A DNA stretch of 64,000 bases from Rhynchobatus australiae (Eukaryota). Of the stretch, positions 10,441 through 23,500 are shown in pieces; position 1 is the first letter of the stretch, and every line of letters starts with the position of its first letter. The DNA lies in assembly GCA_034780895.1 (NCBI GenBank), contig JAUZTB010000001.1:105695163-105759162 (forward strand), written 5' to 3'. The notes under the pieces are model-generated. The model made no database searches. It was given only the letters and a program-made list of their open reading frames with translations, and was not told the origin of the DNA. The position numbers and the translations under genes were made by a program.

Positions 10441-13400
10441 TTACGAGCTAGGGAACAGAGGATTGCATCTGATTCTATCATTTAGCCTGTTTGTGTACAC
10501 GCTTTTATTTTTGCCACTTCTTCTAGAATATTGATTCCTCGCACCTTTTGAAAACAACCCATCGTGCGAATCTTGGATGAGCTTGGGAAACAATTTCACA
10601 CAAGTTGCCTTTGTAGGCCACCCTAGCCTGACCCCTACTTTTCCATAGGGCTGGCAGCAAACTTACCGGATTTTAATTTGACTTTTTTTTTGTACAGGTC
10701 TCTTTCTGTCCTATCATTACTTTAGCACAGCACAGAATCCAAGTGGAAATTTAACTGATTTAAAGTGCCTGTTCTCTTCGTGTTGGGACTTTGCTAGTGT
10801 TTTTGCCAGCTGTTGTGTTGGTTTGTGTCTGGTTTAATGGCCAATATGTAGCACAGAGAAAATCATTTACCAGGTAGCACAACTTTAAACTGAAATATGC
10901 ATAAACTGAGAACTTTTGCATTAATACCGATTGTAACATGCAGAGCCTATAAGTTAACGAAGGCTGTTAATGTAACTATTCCACAATCTCCAAGTCCACC
11001 TATTTCCATAAAATTGTGGAAGAGATTGTAAGCAGTCTTAAGAAATCATTTTTTTCTAGATATCTGACATTTTAGACTTGTTGATGGCTGTTGGGTCAGG
11101 CTGCATGGTAGACCAACTAACATGATGGCTGAAAATCTCTGAAGAGCAATGTTAATATGACTACTTCTTTCTCTGGATTGTGAAAATGAGATGTGCAAGT
11201 TTGATTTCTGGGGATGCTGGAATATGACTATCAATTGAAACTAGGATTTAAACTCTTATTTTCTGTTTTGGCTAAATGGAGAGGTACTTTAAGGCTGTGC
11301 TGAGTGCATTTTACTTTGAGTCATGCTATAGATAAATCTGACACTTTGTAGAGGGAGACAAGCAGCATTGATTGTGAATCTTGAAAACTTCACATGTGTA
11401 TCCATGTGTATCCCACATGACTGCCGTGAGTTCTGAGGTCTTTTATACTGTTTCCTAGTATATTATCTTTAGGCAGGGTCACACAAATAGTTAGGTTATA
11501 TGGTTTCAAATAAAAGACCCTAGTGAAAAATGTAGATATTAACCATAATTATTTTAGTAATTACATAATACAGCAATCAATATTGCTTATGGGCCATGTA
11601 AGAATGAAACCATTTAGGGAACTCTTTGATTCTGCAACCTAAAATAAAACTGTTCTTTATTTGTTTAGCATTAAATTGCTTTCATTGATTTCTAGTAGAA
11701 AACTGCTGGATTGCATTAGAGTTAGAATTTTTTTTCTGTCAGTGACAAGAGCTTCTGATGGCTCTTGTATAACTTTTGTATTTGCCCTTCCTTTTTGTCT
11801 TTCTTGTTTTAATGTTTGTGTTGATTTCTCTTCCAATTTCATTTTCTTTTTCTTTTATTTCTATTTCTTTAGATCGCTACTTAAAACAAAAGTCTGGGCA
11901 GATTATTTTTTTCCCCAGTCTGCATCCATTGGTTCTTCGGTATGCTAAGGAATATTTTCTGCTGGTCCAGACAATTTATATATTTTAAAACAAATGTAGG
12001 TCTCATACCAGTGGAATTTTNNNNNNNNNNNNNNNNNNNNNNNNNNNNNNNNNNNNNNNNNNNNNNNNNNNNNNNNNNNNNNNNNNNNNNNNNNNNNNNN
12101 NNNNNNNNNNNNNNNNNNNNNNNNNNNNNNNNNNNNNNNNNNNNNNNNNNNNNNNNNNNNNNNNNNNNNNNNNNNNNNNNNNNNNNNNNNNNNNNNNNNN
12201 NNNNNNNNNNNNNNNNNNNNNNNNNNNNNNNNNNNNNNNNNNNNNNNNNNNNNNNNNNNNNNNNNNNNNNNNNNNNNNNNNNNNNNNNNNNNNNNNNNNN
12301 NNNNNNNNNNNNNNNNNNNNNNNNNNNNNNNNNNNNNNNNNNNNNNNNNNNNNNNNNNNNNNNNNNNNNNNNNNNNNNNNNNNNNNNNNNNNNNNNNNNN
12401 NNNNNNNNNNNNNNCTACATGAAAGTGACATTTGATGATTGGATTTCCAATCACATTTTAAATTGGTTGTCATGAGACTCAATACCTGGTAGAAAAGAAT
12501 CAAATATCAACATGTAAAGTTGTATTTCCTCTTGAGGGGAAATGAAAGATAAATGTGTTGCTGTATATGATTGGAAAGTGTCACTACTAAAGTTGCCTGC
12601 AGATCAAAAGTACAGAATTCTAAGGGTGTTCATTAAGGCTTATCCACCAATATAAAAGGAAGAGTTACTGTTGATTATTACATATTACAAATCTCCATCC
12701 CTCACGCAAATTGATAGGATTTGGAGCTATGGCTGCTATGTAAATTGATTAGGTAGTTTGTTGCAGGATGCAGAGCCGATCCTCCGTTGTGTTATAAGAA
12801 TAGTGTTTGTGTCTGCTTGTTGCTAAGATAGGGATGGGTGTGTGTGGTACAAATTTAGTTGCTCATTCACGTGCCTGCAGCTTTACTGCAATGTGAGTGG
12901 TTATGCTGGAGGAAGTATGAATAATAACTGTGCAGTAATATAGTCAACGCATTGTGGTGGTCTGAGATCTGTGCGGAGTTTGTCTAACACAGGAAATCTG
13001 TCCTTGCGGATGGTGTGATCCTGTAACCTTTTCGCTTCCCAAGTGATATTTCTGCTGTCAGTTTTTCTTATGGGTTCCTGAATTTGCTAGGGCCTTTGAA
13101 AGCATTCTGAGCCGAGGTTAGACATTTATGTAGGGGGTTGGAAAATTACTAAGAGCATCACTTTGGGTGGAATCGCCAACAACAAACTGCAGAATAGTGT
13201 GGCTTTCACAATTACCTTGGAGCAGTTCTGTTTATGCGAGTGGAAGGAGAAGATTTTCTCTAAAAACAATTATAAGTATAAATCTTCCATGTTTCTTTTG
13301 TTCTGTATAACACGTCTTAATATTTTTAAAACTTATTAAATGCCTTTTTGCCAGTGAATTGTCACTGTTCATGTTAATGTTTGTAAAATTATTTTGCTGT

Positions 13401-16320
13401 CTTAACCCTGTCATTATAATCAGCATTACTGGTAAGTACAATTCTGTGGATTAAACATGTTTGAGACATGACAGCTGACATAATAGTCAAAATCAAGGGA
13501 ACATTTTCTTTGTAAATAATGAATACTAAATTAAGAAAACATCCTGCAGCACTATTATTTGATAAATGCTTTAATTAAATGAGGGAGGCACAATTATTTT
13601 GAATGACCATACTTTGCCACCATCTTGTGTGCAGCGTTGATACTGCAGTGATAATGAGGAAAGGAGAATGCAACTGACCCAGATATTTTGTATTTGGTTT
13701 GAAGCTGCGCTTTTGGTGCAGCTCCTACACTCTTGTGTTGTGCTGAGTCATAAATGTTGTCCTTTTTAACAAAGTTCCCAAGATTGTATGATCCTCCCAA
13801 GTGTTATTTAGAATGGAAAGTATCAGAAATGGAAATCGAGGAAACCATAATACAGACTGTATCTCTGAAGAAGGATGTTAATACAATCTGAAAAGCAAGT
13901 GCTTTGAGTTAAATAGTTTTTCATAGCTTTAAACCGTTGGAACAATGTTTTTTTTCTAGGAAAGCAACAACTGCTTGATTAAGGAATTTATTTTTAGTAA
14001 GTTTGATTAAATAGAAGCTGATTACTGTATATGGCATTAGAAAAAGTTCAAAGCCCAGAAATCCACAGCTTAAAGGTGTAAAGAAATAATATAATGAAAA
14101 AGCAAATAACTGTAGATGCTGGAAAATTGAAATAAATAAAAATGCTGGAGATGCTCAGTAGGTCAGGTAGCATCTATGGAGAGAGGATCAGTTGATTTTT
14201 GATCAGAATTGGAAATCAAACATGTTTTAAGTTGCAGAGAAATGAGGAGGGGCAGCAGGAACAAAGGGACTGTCTGAGGCAGAGTAACTGAGCTAATGGA
14301 GTAACTGCATTTTAATAATTGAAACTGGGTAGTTGAGTCTGAGAATAATTAAAGGTAAAATCAAAAGTATAACTGATTTGGCTGGGAAATTTTGTGTGAA
14401 AGGAGGATCAAGGAAAAGTACAGATTTCAATTGACAACACATGGTGGGTGCGTGGATTTTTGTTTCATTCTTGTGGTTCTGATTCAATGTGCATTCTGTT
14501 CCCAACAGACTCTTTGGGAAGAGTTGAAGGATTTTTAGGGCTTTGGACTTACAAATCTAATGAATTGCTGATGTTTAGAAATGTAGCAAATGTAATACTT
14601 TTGTTTATTACAGAATCCAACAATTGATTGAAGAGGTATTGGGAAATTCCAAACATCTGAAATGGCTCTCCCTTGGTTTTATGCTGGAGGTAGTAACTCC
14701 CACAACACTAGCAGCCTTGCCTCAGTCCAGTGCCAACTGCATTGAACACCTGAGTCTCCTGGNNNNNNNNNNNNNNNNNNNNNNNNNNNNNNNNNNNNNA
14801 GTTGAGCTGGAGCGCTTTCTCAACCTGCGATCACTTGCATTGGATTTCTGCGATTTTACTGCTGAAGTAACACGAGTACTCGCCAACAGCAACCATGTGC
14901 CTTTGCATAGGTTGTCTCTTGTAATACATCATCTCTCGATGTCCAACATACACGTTTTAGATAACATGCCACAAGATGCAGATTGGAAGGTGCTTACCAG
15001 GCACTGTGCAAATCTTCATGTTTACATCATGGCCTTTAATGTCAGGAATGACATTTTGCTAAGAATTCTGAAGCCAAGCATACCTTTAGGGAGAATTCAC
15101 TTTGACAGCTCAACTAATGGTGTTTCAGGTGCCGTGGTAGATCTCATATCCAGGCAGTATGACAAATCCCTTACCCACTTCCTCCTAATAAAGGATGTAG
15201 AGCAAGGCATTAATGGTTTTCCAGATCTCAGCGACAACCGCAATGAAGACCCTTTGGTGCTTTTGGCATGGAAGTGTACAAAGCTTTCTCACCTCTCCAT
15301 CCATGGTAAGCAGTGGAAGTATTTGTGGTTATTTCTTTGTATTAATATTGGCCTTAGCACAGTTACTTTGACTCAAATGTGTATTTCTGATCTTGATGGT
15401 AAACATTTTAAGTTTTGTATATTTGATTCTTGGATAATGGAAAGCAACAACCATTACAGAATAATAATAATTATCATGAATAGATCGAAGATTAGATTTT
15501 AATGATGAGAAAAATTGTGGGCCAAACTGTTATATGAAATTGTCATACTTCCTAGAGCACGTATCATCAAAATAAAAAATTAATTTTCTCACCACGAGTT
15601 CACCATTTTGTAACTAATTTTTGTATGAATATCTTAAATTTGTTAAGTATGTGTTTTTTAATTTGCGCTTCCACTGTTGAACTCTTGGAAAACTGCACCA
15701 GTATGAAATTTTAGACAGTAACTTTGTGATTGTCATGTTGCCATATTGTAGATTGTTTAGTGATGTAACTTTGTGGCCACTTATGACTGTTTGTACTAAC
15801 TTAATGTACTTCACTTAATGGCGCATTGTACTTGGATATGGTGGCTTTTTATTGAGGTCTTTTGTTGCTAAATATTTGGATTCACGAACATTTAGACATT
15901 ATTTCTACATAAGGATTTGTAGCGTGAAAATGAGATTGTAATTCTGGAGTCCATAATTAGCATAATAGCCAAGTTTGTTCAGAACTTTGTTTATGCAAAC
16001 ATTTCTACTTTGTTCTTGATTCCATAATCTTTTATACTTTCAACTTAGGTTATGCAGTTTGGGCCCATAATCTTATCGCTATAGCTCGACTTCGTGGACC
16101 TGAGCTGCAAGTCCTGGAGGTCACCGAGGAAAGCATTAATTTCGATGAAGATGCAATGGCTGACCTGGATGGAGATCCTGTGCATAATCTCATTGAAGAA
16201 GTATCCATAGGTTTAGGAAGGCGGTGGCATCCAGTAATGAAAAATGAAACGCTTTACGTTTTCAGTGAGACCACTCGTTATTTTTACAAAGAGATGCAGC
16301 GCTTCAGTGAAGGCATTTAG
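9521..16320 (+). CDS. FBXO33: F-box only protein 33; exons 9521-10169 (contains gap), 14614-15305, 16049-16320
   Basis: MALCG...LPCEVIVHIFSFLPPWDRLRASSVCSKWRECLFYPSLW (F-box); IQQLIEEVLGNSKHLKWLSLGFMLE...FPDLSDNRNEDPLVLLAWKCTKL; GYAVWAHNLIAIARLRG...YFYKEMQRFSEGI*. Closely matches recalled vertebrate FBXO33; GT-AG introns of phase 2 and 1. Confidence 0.96.
14614..15305 (+). CDS. FBXO33: FBXO33 exon 2
   Basis: ttattacag|A ATC CAA CAA TTG ... ATC CAT G|gtaagc; the 37-N gap preserves frame. Confidence 0.95.
16049..16320 (+). CDS. FBXO33: FBXO33 last coding exon
   Basis: caacttag|GT TAT GCA GTT TGG GCC CAT ... GGC ATT TAG. Confidence 0.95.
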
Positions 16321-17324
16321 CATTTCAAAACTTGTGTATTAGAGGGCCCTGCATTTTTCAGTAATAAGTTAACATTTACATGTGCTGTTAATTAGTATTA
16401 GTTATAAATATATACACTTGTTTATCCTGCTTAATCTGTAAATGTAGTTGGTATTGGTTTAGAAGTAGATGTGGCAAGAGTCACTGGATTTTCTCTGTCA
16501 GCGCCTGTGTCAACTGCCAAAGAAAACAGAATGAAGAAGTGCCCACATGCTGGCAGGGGCAGGCCAATGGCTGGTCAGCCAGAACCTACGAGTTTAAAAG
16601 GTCGAATTTTCGACCTGCGGTACACAGCTGTGCTGTGGCTCAGTCAACAACTTTACAGCTCTTAAATGAACGTGCACCTGGTTCACTGTGAATAGTGAAT
16701 ACAAAAAAATCAGTTCTAACAAAGCTATGAGCTGCTGCTATGATTTTTGAGAACATTCCACTAGGATAACTTTTAAAATCTTGTTAAAGCAAGAGGCTTT
16801 AAAAGCCGCAATGTTCAGGGCAACCGCGGGTACAGTCGTGGTCTCTGTGAGACTAGCACCTGACCCCAGTTTTAAGTGGTACGAATGTTGTGCATTTAAT
16901 GTAAAGGACAGCCAGTATTACTCAGTGTGGCCATCATGCTGCCCAGCAGTGCTGTGACCTGGCTGCTTTGTATAAGCTTGTAAAACAAATTTACTGTATG
17001 CAACATATGTCAAGATTCTATTTATGAAGAAAGTGTGAGTGGTGATTGTTTCAAATGGTTTTACCATCTTGTGTCAAAGATGATGCGTTTTGACAGGTGT
17101 GCATTATGTTGCGTGTCTCCAGTGATTAATGCACTTACCATGCGGATTTTATATGTACATCTGTAGAGTGGATCCACTGGTGCAATGTATGAAAATGCCA
17201 GATGTGGTGAGATTTTATCATTGAATGAGATCATATGAAATACTGACAGAAAATGTGAGGAAAGCAGTTGAATGTTAAATTAATGTTTAAAGTTTGTGTT
17301 GACTGCTGATTGTTTTAATCTATC

Positions 17325-17330
17325 AATAAA
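17325..17330 (+). terminator. Candidate FBXO33 polyadenylation signal
   Basis: AATAAA about 1 kb after the stop, followed by T/GT-rich sequence; another candidate at 19275-19280. Confidence 0.5.
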
Positions 17331-20302
17331 GCATTCAAATGTCTTATTTACGTAATGTTTAGTGCTAAAGTTTTGGGAATTTACAATAATGTTTTAAGCT
17401 TTATCATGTGTAGACTTTGCAAAAAGTTGCATGTACTGACAGTAAACTACATTGATTGGTTTAAAAGTCTAAACTATTTTACATACACTTTGAATACTGT
17501 ATTAGTATTTGCAGTAAAGTGTGGTTACAAACTATATCACTGATTTTTGCTCCTTCTACCATGCTACCATCCTTCTACCATGCTAAATGTTTAGCATTTC
17601 AAATACAAAATTGCAGTGATCTTATGAGGGTTCATTACNNNNNNNNNNNNNNNNNNNNNNNNNNNNNNNNNNNNNNNNNNNNNNNNNNNNNNNNNNNNNN
17701 NNNNNNNNNNNNNNNNNNNNNNNNNNNNNNNNNNNNNNAATGTTTAGCATTTCAAATACAAAATTGCAGTGATCTTATGAGGGTTCATTACCATAATGAT
17801 TCCACAACACATTTTATTACAATACTCTTCCTTGACAACTGTGATATGGAAAAGATTTAAACATAATTAAAAGAACTGAGCCCTAGGGCTTGTTTGGAGA
17901 CTTTGCCACAAGGTTTTTGTAAATTGTTTGCTTCATGGTATGCTCTTCTATATCATGGAATGTTCTGACTAGACAGAAAAAGTTGTTTGATGGCAGTAAT
18001 TGAGGAATGTTGTACTATGCACATGGTATAGAAGCAGTGGCTTATGTACTTGCCTNNNNNNNNNNAGGAATAGAAATTGAAATATGGGGAATTTGTGGTA
18101 AAGAAAATTGTTGGTACTAGGTCCATTATTATAGACTAGTATGTGCTTAGGATATACCCAGAAGGAAATTGTATTCACTGTTTAGTGTCACTTAAATTGT
18201 GTTGGCTGGATTTGAGGATCTCTGGTGGGATCTTCAGAGGCCAAATAGAATTAATGAACCATGCTAGTTATACTTGCAGTTAATGTTTGCTGGACTTTAC
18301 CATGGTTTAAAGATTGGATTATTGATACATTGCAAAATTGGTCATCTGATTATTTATCTTGATTTCCAAATTGAGTGACAAATGTTTTTGGAACTTAGTT
18401 GAAATCCTTTAGCTCTTGGTTAACTTAGCAAGGGGTGCCCCACCCTAAAATGTACCTCTTCAAAGTTAGTGCAAGAAAAAATATTCAAGGCTAGTATAGT
18501 CAAGAATGCTGCAGGTGGCCATATCACTTGGACTGCTGGTGTGTAGGGATTTTAAAATGTTTGTCCATTGTGTTTCTCTCCATTGCTTCGTTCAAATTGT
18601 TTGATTCATATGAAAATTTTTAAAGAGGTCTCTGTAGCTACTTACACAACAGCAGTGTTAAGATTACATGAATCCTGAAGCATTGCCTAAGCTCAAATTA
18701 TCAGATTTAATATTTCACAATTTGCTATTTACAGCTGAGAACTAATGGTCAGCATCATTCCAACCATCTCAAATACATCATCAGACTAAAGTATGCAAAT
18801 TATTACTGGTGTGCTTCCACTTATTTAGCTTCCTTCAGTGAGCTGTTGTGTTGCTTTTGTTTTATTGTTTGGAAGTATATGGATGAATGGTGGTTTGATG
18901 GTGAATAAATAGTCCACCATAACTTGTTTTCTCAGGATATCTCCTTGTTAGAGAAATATTTGGGAAAGTAAATTATTCAGTATAAGTGGCATCTTGAAGC
19001 AGATCAAGGATTTTACTCTTAGTCTTACAACAGTTACAAAACATTGTCTAATGGCTGATTTCATTGCCATTTTTTTTTGGTTAAGAACAATTAATGTTCA
19101 AAACTGACAAATTTAATGCCCAAGAACTAAGTGGATAAAGTGGATGTGAAAAACAACTTGTAAAATCCCATAAGTTTACCTTCATTCCTATGTACATAAA
19201 GTTGTATGAAAAGAATTGCACATCTAAAGTTAATTCTGTTTAAATCAAACTTGTTTTTATTTTCAGTATGTTACAATAAACATTTTTACATTCTAAATGT
19301 TCTTCAAACATTCCTTTTATCTTAGGCCTATAAATCTGCATTTACATTGGTGGAACTAGTATTAGCACCACCTTGGACATGCACATGAATGACATTCTTA
19401 CTAATTAAAATTCTAATAGTTCAAATATTGTTTTGCCATTTAAAGGAGTTACAAATTCCATAAATAAAATGGACTGGATAAAAACACAATGGTCTTAACT
19501 AAAATAGTGCATGGCAAAACCCTGCTGTACATTGGCAAGCTACCCTCAGTATTGCACAATAAAAAGTTTAATAAATTCTATGTAAGACTCCTGAGGTGTA
19601 CAATTCTAATCAAACAGCACTTCATCAGAAAACATGTGCCTTTATCCAAAGTAAGGTTGCCACCAACAATAGCAAACACCAATTAAAAAATGCAATATTG
19701 TAACCTGCACTTCACATCCCAATGCACTTTTTGGTAAGTCACAGANNNNNNNNNNNNNNNNNNNNNNNNNNNNNNNNNNNNNNNNNNNNNNNNNNNNNNN
19801 NNNNNNNNNNNNNNNNNNNNNNNNNNNNNNNNNNNNNNNNNNNNNTAATAGCGTGGCCTAAAGACAACTGACTGATGAGCTCAGTGGTTCAGTGTCAATG
19901 TTAGATATGGTCCATTATTCCAGCTAAAAATAGCCTCTGAGATTCAGCCTTGTCCGTAAATATTGACAGCAGTAATTCTTGGTCTAAATTTCCTTATGTA
20001 GTCTGTACATAGTGGACTATCCTATTCAGCAACTCTCCAGGATAAAATGCTGGGAGCTTGGCCTTCAGAAATATATTTTGCACATCTGTCACAGGACAGA
20101 TTCCTGAACAGAACTTTTCCTTATGTGTTAACAACATTACCTGACTTAAATTCCCATCAAAATGAATCTTTTAACTTCCTTAGTTTTACCTCTGGAGCAC
20201 CATCAAATAATGGAACAAAACAATAATTAGCAAAAATGGCCCCTGTCTGAGCTACAAGGCAAATTCATAGAAATTAAATCAAACAAATCCAATCTGCAAA
20301 CT

Positions 20303-20308
20303 TTTATT
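20303..20308 (-). terminator. Candidate proximal MIA2/cTAGE5 polyadenylation signal
   Basis: AATAAA on the minus strand about 70 nt after the TGA at 20378. Confidence 0.45.
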
Positions 20309-20377
20309 TGAGTAATGATGTTCTATTTGTCAAACCTGGTTGAATGCAAGTAAGGAACAGATGCTTTTGAATGATAT

Positions 20378-20550
20378 TCATTTATCTTGTGAAGATGACG
20401 GATGTTCAGTTGGGGGAAACTTGGGTAGAGGAAGCCGTGAAGGAAGGAGGCCACCAGCAATGTCTGAAAGTGGTCTATGTGGTAGGAAATTAGGCCGAGC
20501 AGGTGGGAAATTGCTCAGATATGGTCCTGGTGGTCGTAATTGATCTCTTA
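20378..20550 (-). CDS. MIA2: MIA2/cTAGE5 last coding exon
   Basis: tatttcag|TA AGA GAT CAA ... GAT AAA TGA; [26 protein letters not shown]...SSSQDK*. Confidence 0.8.
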
Positions 20551-23500
20551 CTGAAATAAAGAATGCAAGTTTTTCTTGTAATTTTTAGTCATGATCTTTG
20601 GCTAGATAACTAGTGGCAACACCTAGACAATAGGTCAGCTTGTTGGCTCAGTGCCTGATCCACAATTATCAAGTGCATGCAGCCTAGAGGGTTTATCTTT
20701 CTGGTCTAAAGTATCTCAAGCTCCAGCAACTAGGAGTGAAGAGTAGCATAGTCTCCTGTGTTGAAAAGATGGTCAATCTCCCAAAACAGCAGCTTTGACA
20801 AGTGTTTAACTTTACTGCTTTTAAAGCTGATATCTCTGATGTTCAGAGATACTATTTTTAAAAAACTTAAAACATTAATGTTCAGAGTTGACAAAATTAA
20901 ATTATTTACTTAAAAGGGACCTACCTTCCCATTTAATGTTGGGGAAACTCCTCAGAATAAATCAACCCATTTGGGCATTATGCTGTTAACACTGTCAAAG
21001 CTGATTTCATTGGAACTACCAGCTGGTGATAATATCCTCCCATACATTTAAAGTTGAACTTTTTACAAGCATTACATTTGTATTTCGTAAGATCAAAGGG
21101 CTTCAGATGCACGCAAACACCAAGTTCTCCTCTGAGTCACACACAATCTTGACTTAAGTATATTGTTGCCTCATCATCACTGGGTCTAAATCCCAGAACC
21201 TCCCTAACAGCAGTGGGAGTCATTTCACCAGAAAAATTGCAATGGTTGAGATGGGAATTCACCCATCTCCTCTTAAAACCAATTAGGAATGGATAATAAA
21301 TGATGGCCTTGCCAGCGACATCCAGATTGCAAGAAATGACTAAATATTTTAAAAATCTTCTGTCCAGTTTAAGAGGTGTTCTTTTCCAAGTATGCCATCT
21401 CTAAACTATGAAAGATCCATAAGGGAGCTGGCTAAGTACTCAGGGAGGGGGATTTGCAAGTCTATAGGAGAGGGTGGAGAGTGGGATCAGCTAGAAAGCT
21501 GTTAACTAGAGGTTTGGTCTATGCTGCAACCTGTGATTAAACTGATATCTCCAGGATGTACTGTGCTTTGAAGCGGCAGTCATCTGGGCAAAATGGAGAA
21601 TATCTTGCTGATAGTTGTCAGGTTTGAGGAAGTCAAGGAGTGAATCACTCAATGCAAAATACCAATCTTTAAGAGATGGAATTTGTGTGGCTGGTCCCAT
21701 TATGTTTTTGTCAATGGTAATCCATCCCCTACGATCACCAATGAAAATGGTACAAAGTGTTGGGAGGAGGTGACAGATTCTCTCTTAATGATGATCATTA
21801 CGTGGTACTTGCTTGGCGTAAATGTTACCTTTTACTTAACAGTTCACATCTGATTATGGGTTGGTCTTGCTACATGCAGGCATGAACCATTATTGTGAAT
21901 GGAACTGAAAACTACAATCATCAACATGTCCACTTCATACCTTATAAATGGAAGAAAGGTCAATGCTGAAACAATTGGAGATGAATGAACCTGGATTATT
22001 GCCGAGGTCCCACATCAACATCAAACTCCATGAAGGGTCTCGGCTCAAAATGTCAACTGCTCATTTCCCTCCATAGATGCTGCCCGACCTGCTGAGTTAC
22101 TCCAGCATTTCATTGGCGTTGCATCATAATCCAGAGTTGAGAATTTTTTCTCAATTTGTATTGATTTCATCTCATGGAATTGATCTATTCTGTCTACCTT
22201 TAAACCATAATATCTGTAGCCACGTGGCCTTGACAGAACACAAACTGAACATCAGTGGGCAAACTAATGATGAGCAAGAGCTGTCTGACAGTACTACTTA
22301 CTGACTTCACCACCTTTAACTACTGTTACATGAAAGTAAACTAACATGATAGCAATTGGCTGGAATGGATTTGTCCTGCTTTTTGTGGACAGGACATGCT
22401 ACAACAACTTGTTGGGGTGGGGCATGCCCAGTAACATTAACTATCCCACATTTATAATACTTAGCAATCAGATGATATAGTATTTGCGTGGTAGGAAATT
22501 TGATCCATGGACATTACCAGTAATATCATACTTCTCTTTCTGATGGAACCAATTCATTAAAAACTATTCCAGGAAGGTGATGGGTTGGCCAGTTATGATC
22601 CAATTTTTCCTGGTGATTAACCCAATTCAACCTNNNNNNNNNNNNNNNNNNNNNNNNNNNNNNNNNNNNNNNNNNNNNNNNNNNNNNNNNNNNNNNNNNN
22701 NNNNNNNNNNNNNNNNNNNNNNNNNNNNNNNNNAACACTGATTCTATTTGATATTCTGATGAAGGCTCTTCAACCTGAAACATTAACTCTCTCCACAGAT
22801 AATGCTGTATTTCCAGCTTCATCTTATTTTTTTTTAATTGCAGATCTCAATCATTTCTAGTACTTTTTGTTCTTTTTCCTCCCACCATTGGTGTGCAGTT
22901 CCCATCAACTCCAAATCTTTATTAGATACCTTCTTAACAACTAGCATGTGAAAAGATGTCCCAAGATCTTTGATAAAGCATGCAAGTTTTAATAAAGGTC
23001 CTGAAGAAGGAGACGTGGAGAAAATTAGGAAGTGAATTCTGGAGTTTTACAACTAGATAGTTGAAAAAGAACTGCCAAAAGCAGGGAAAAGAAAGTGAAG
23101 GATGACGACAGGCTGAAATTGGCAAAATGCGGTTTTAGAAGGTTATTGGGTTGAAGGAGGCTATGGTAAAAGGCCACAAACAGGTTTTGGACATGAAAAT
23201 GAGAATTATACAGGGCTTAATGTAATTCAAGGAGTACACAGGTGATCAGTAAGCAGATCTCGATGCGGTTTTGTAGAAAAACAAAAGTTTGAGCATTTCC
23301 ACAAAACCAAAACCTCCTGTTACAGTGTCAGTATAGCAAACCTTTCCTGAATCTTTTTTCAGCACTCTGGTATATTTCTTCCAATGTGATGCTCAGAACT
23401 AAATCCAGTGGTCTACACTATCTTGCATTAATTCAGCATAACTTCATTTTTATATGGATGTAAAATCTAAGCATAACCATTGGATTATAATGTCATTTTT

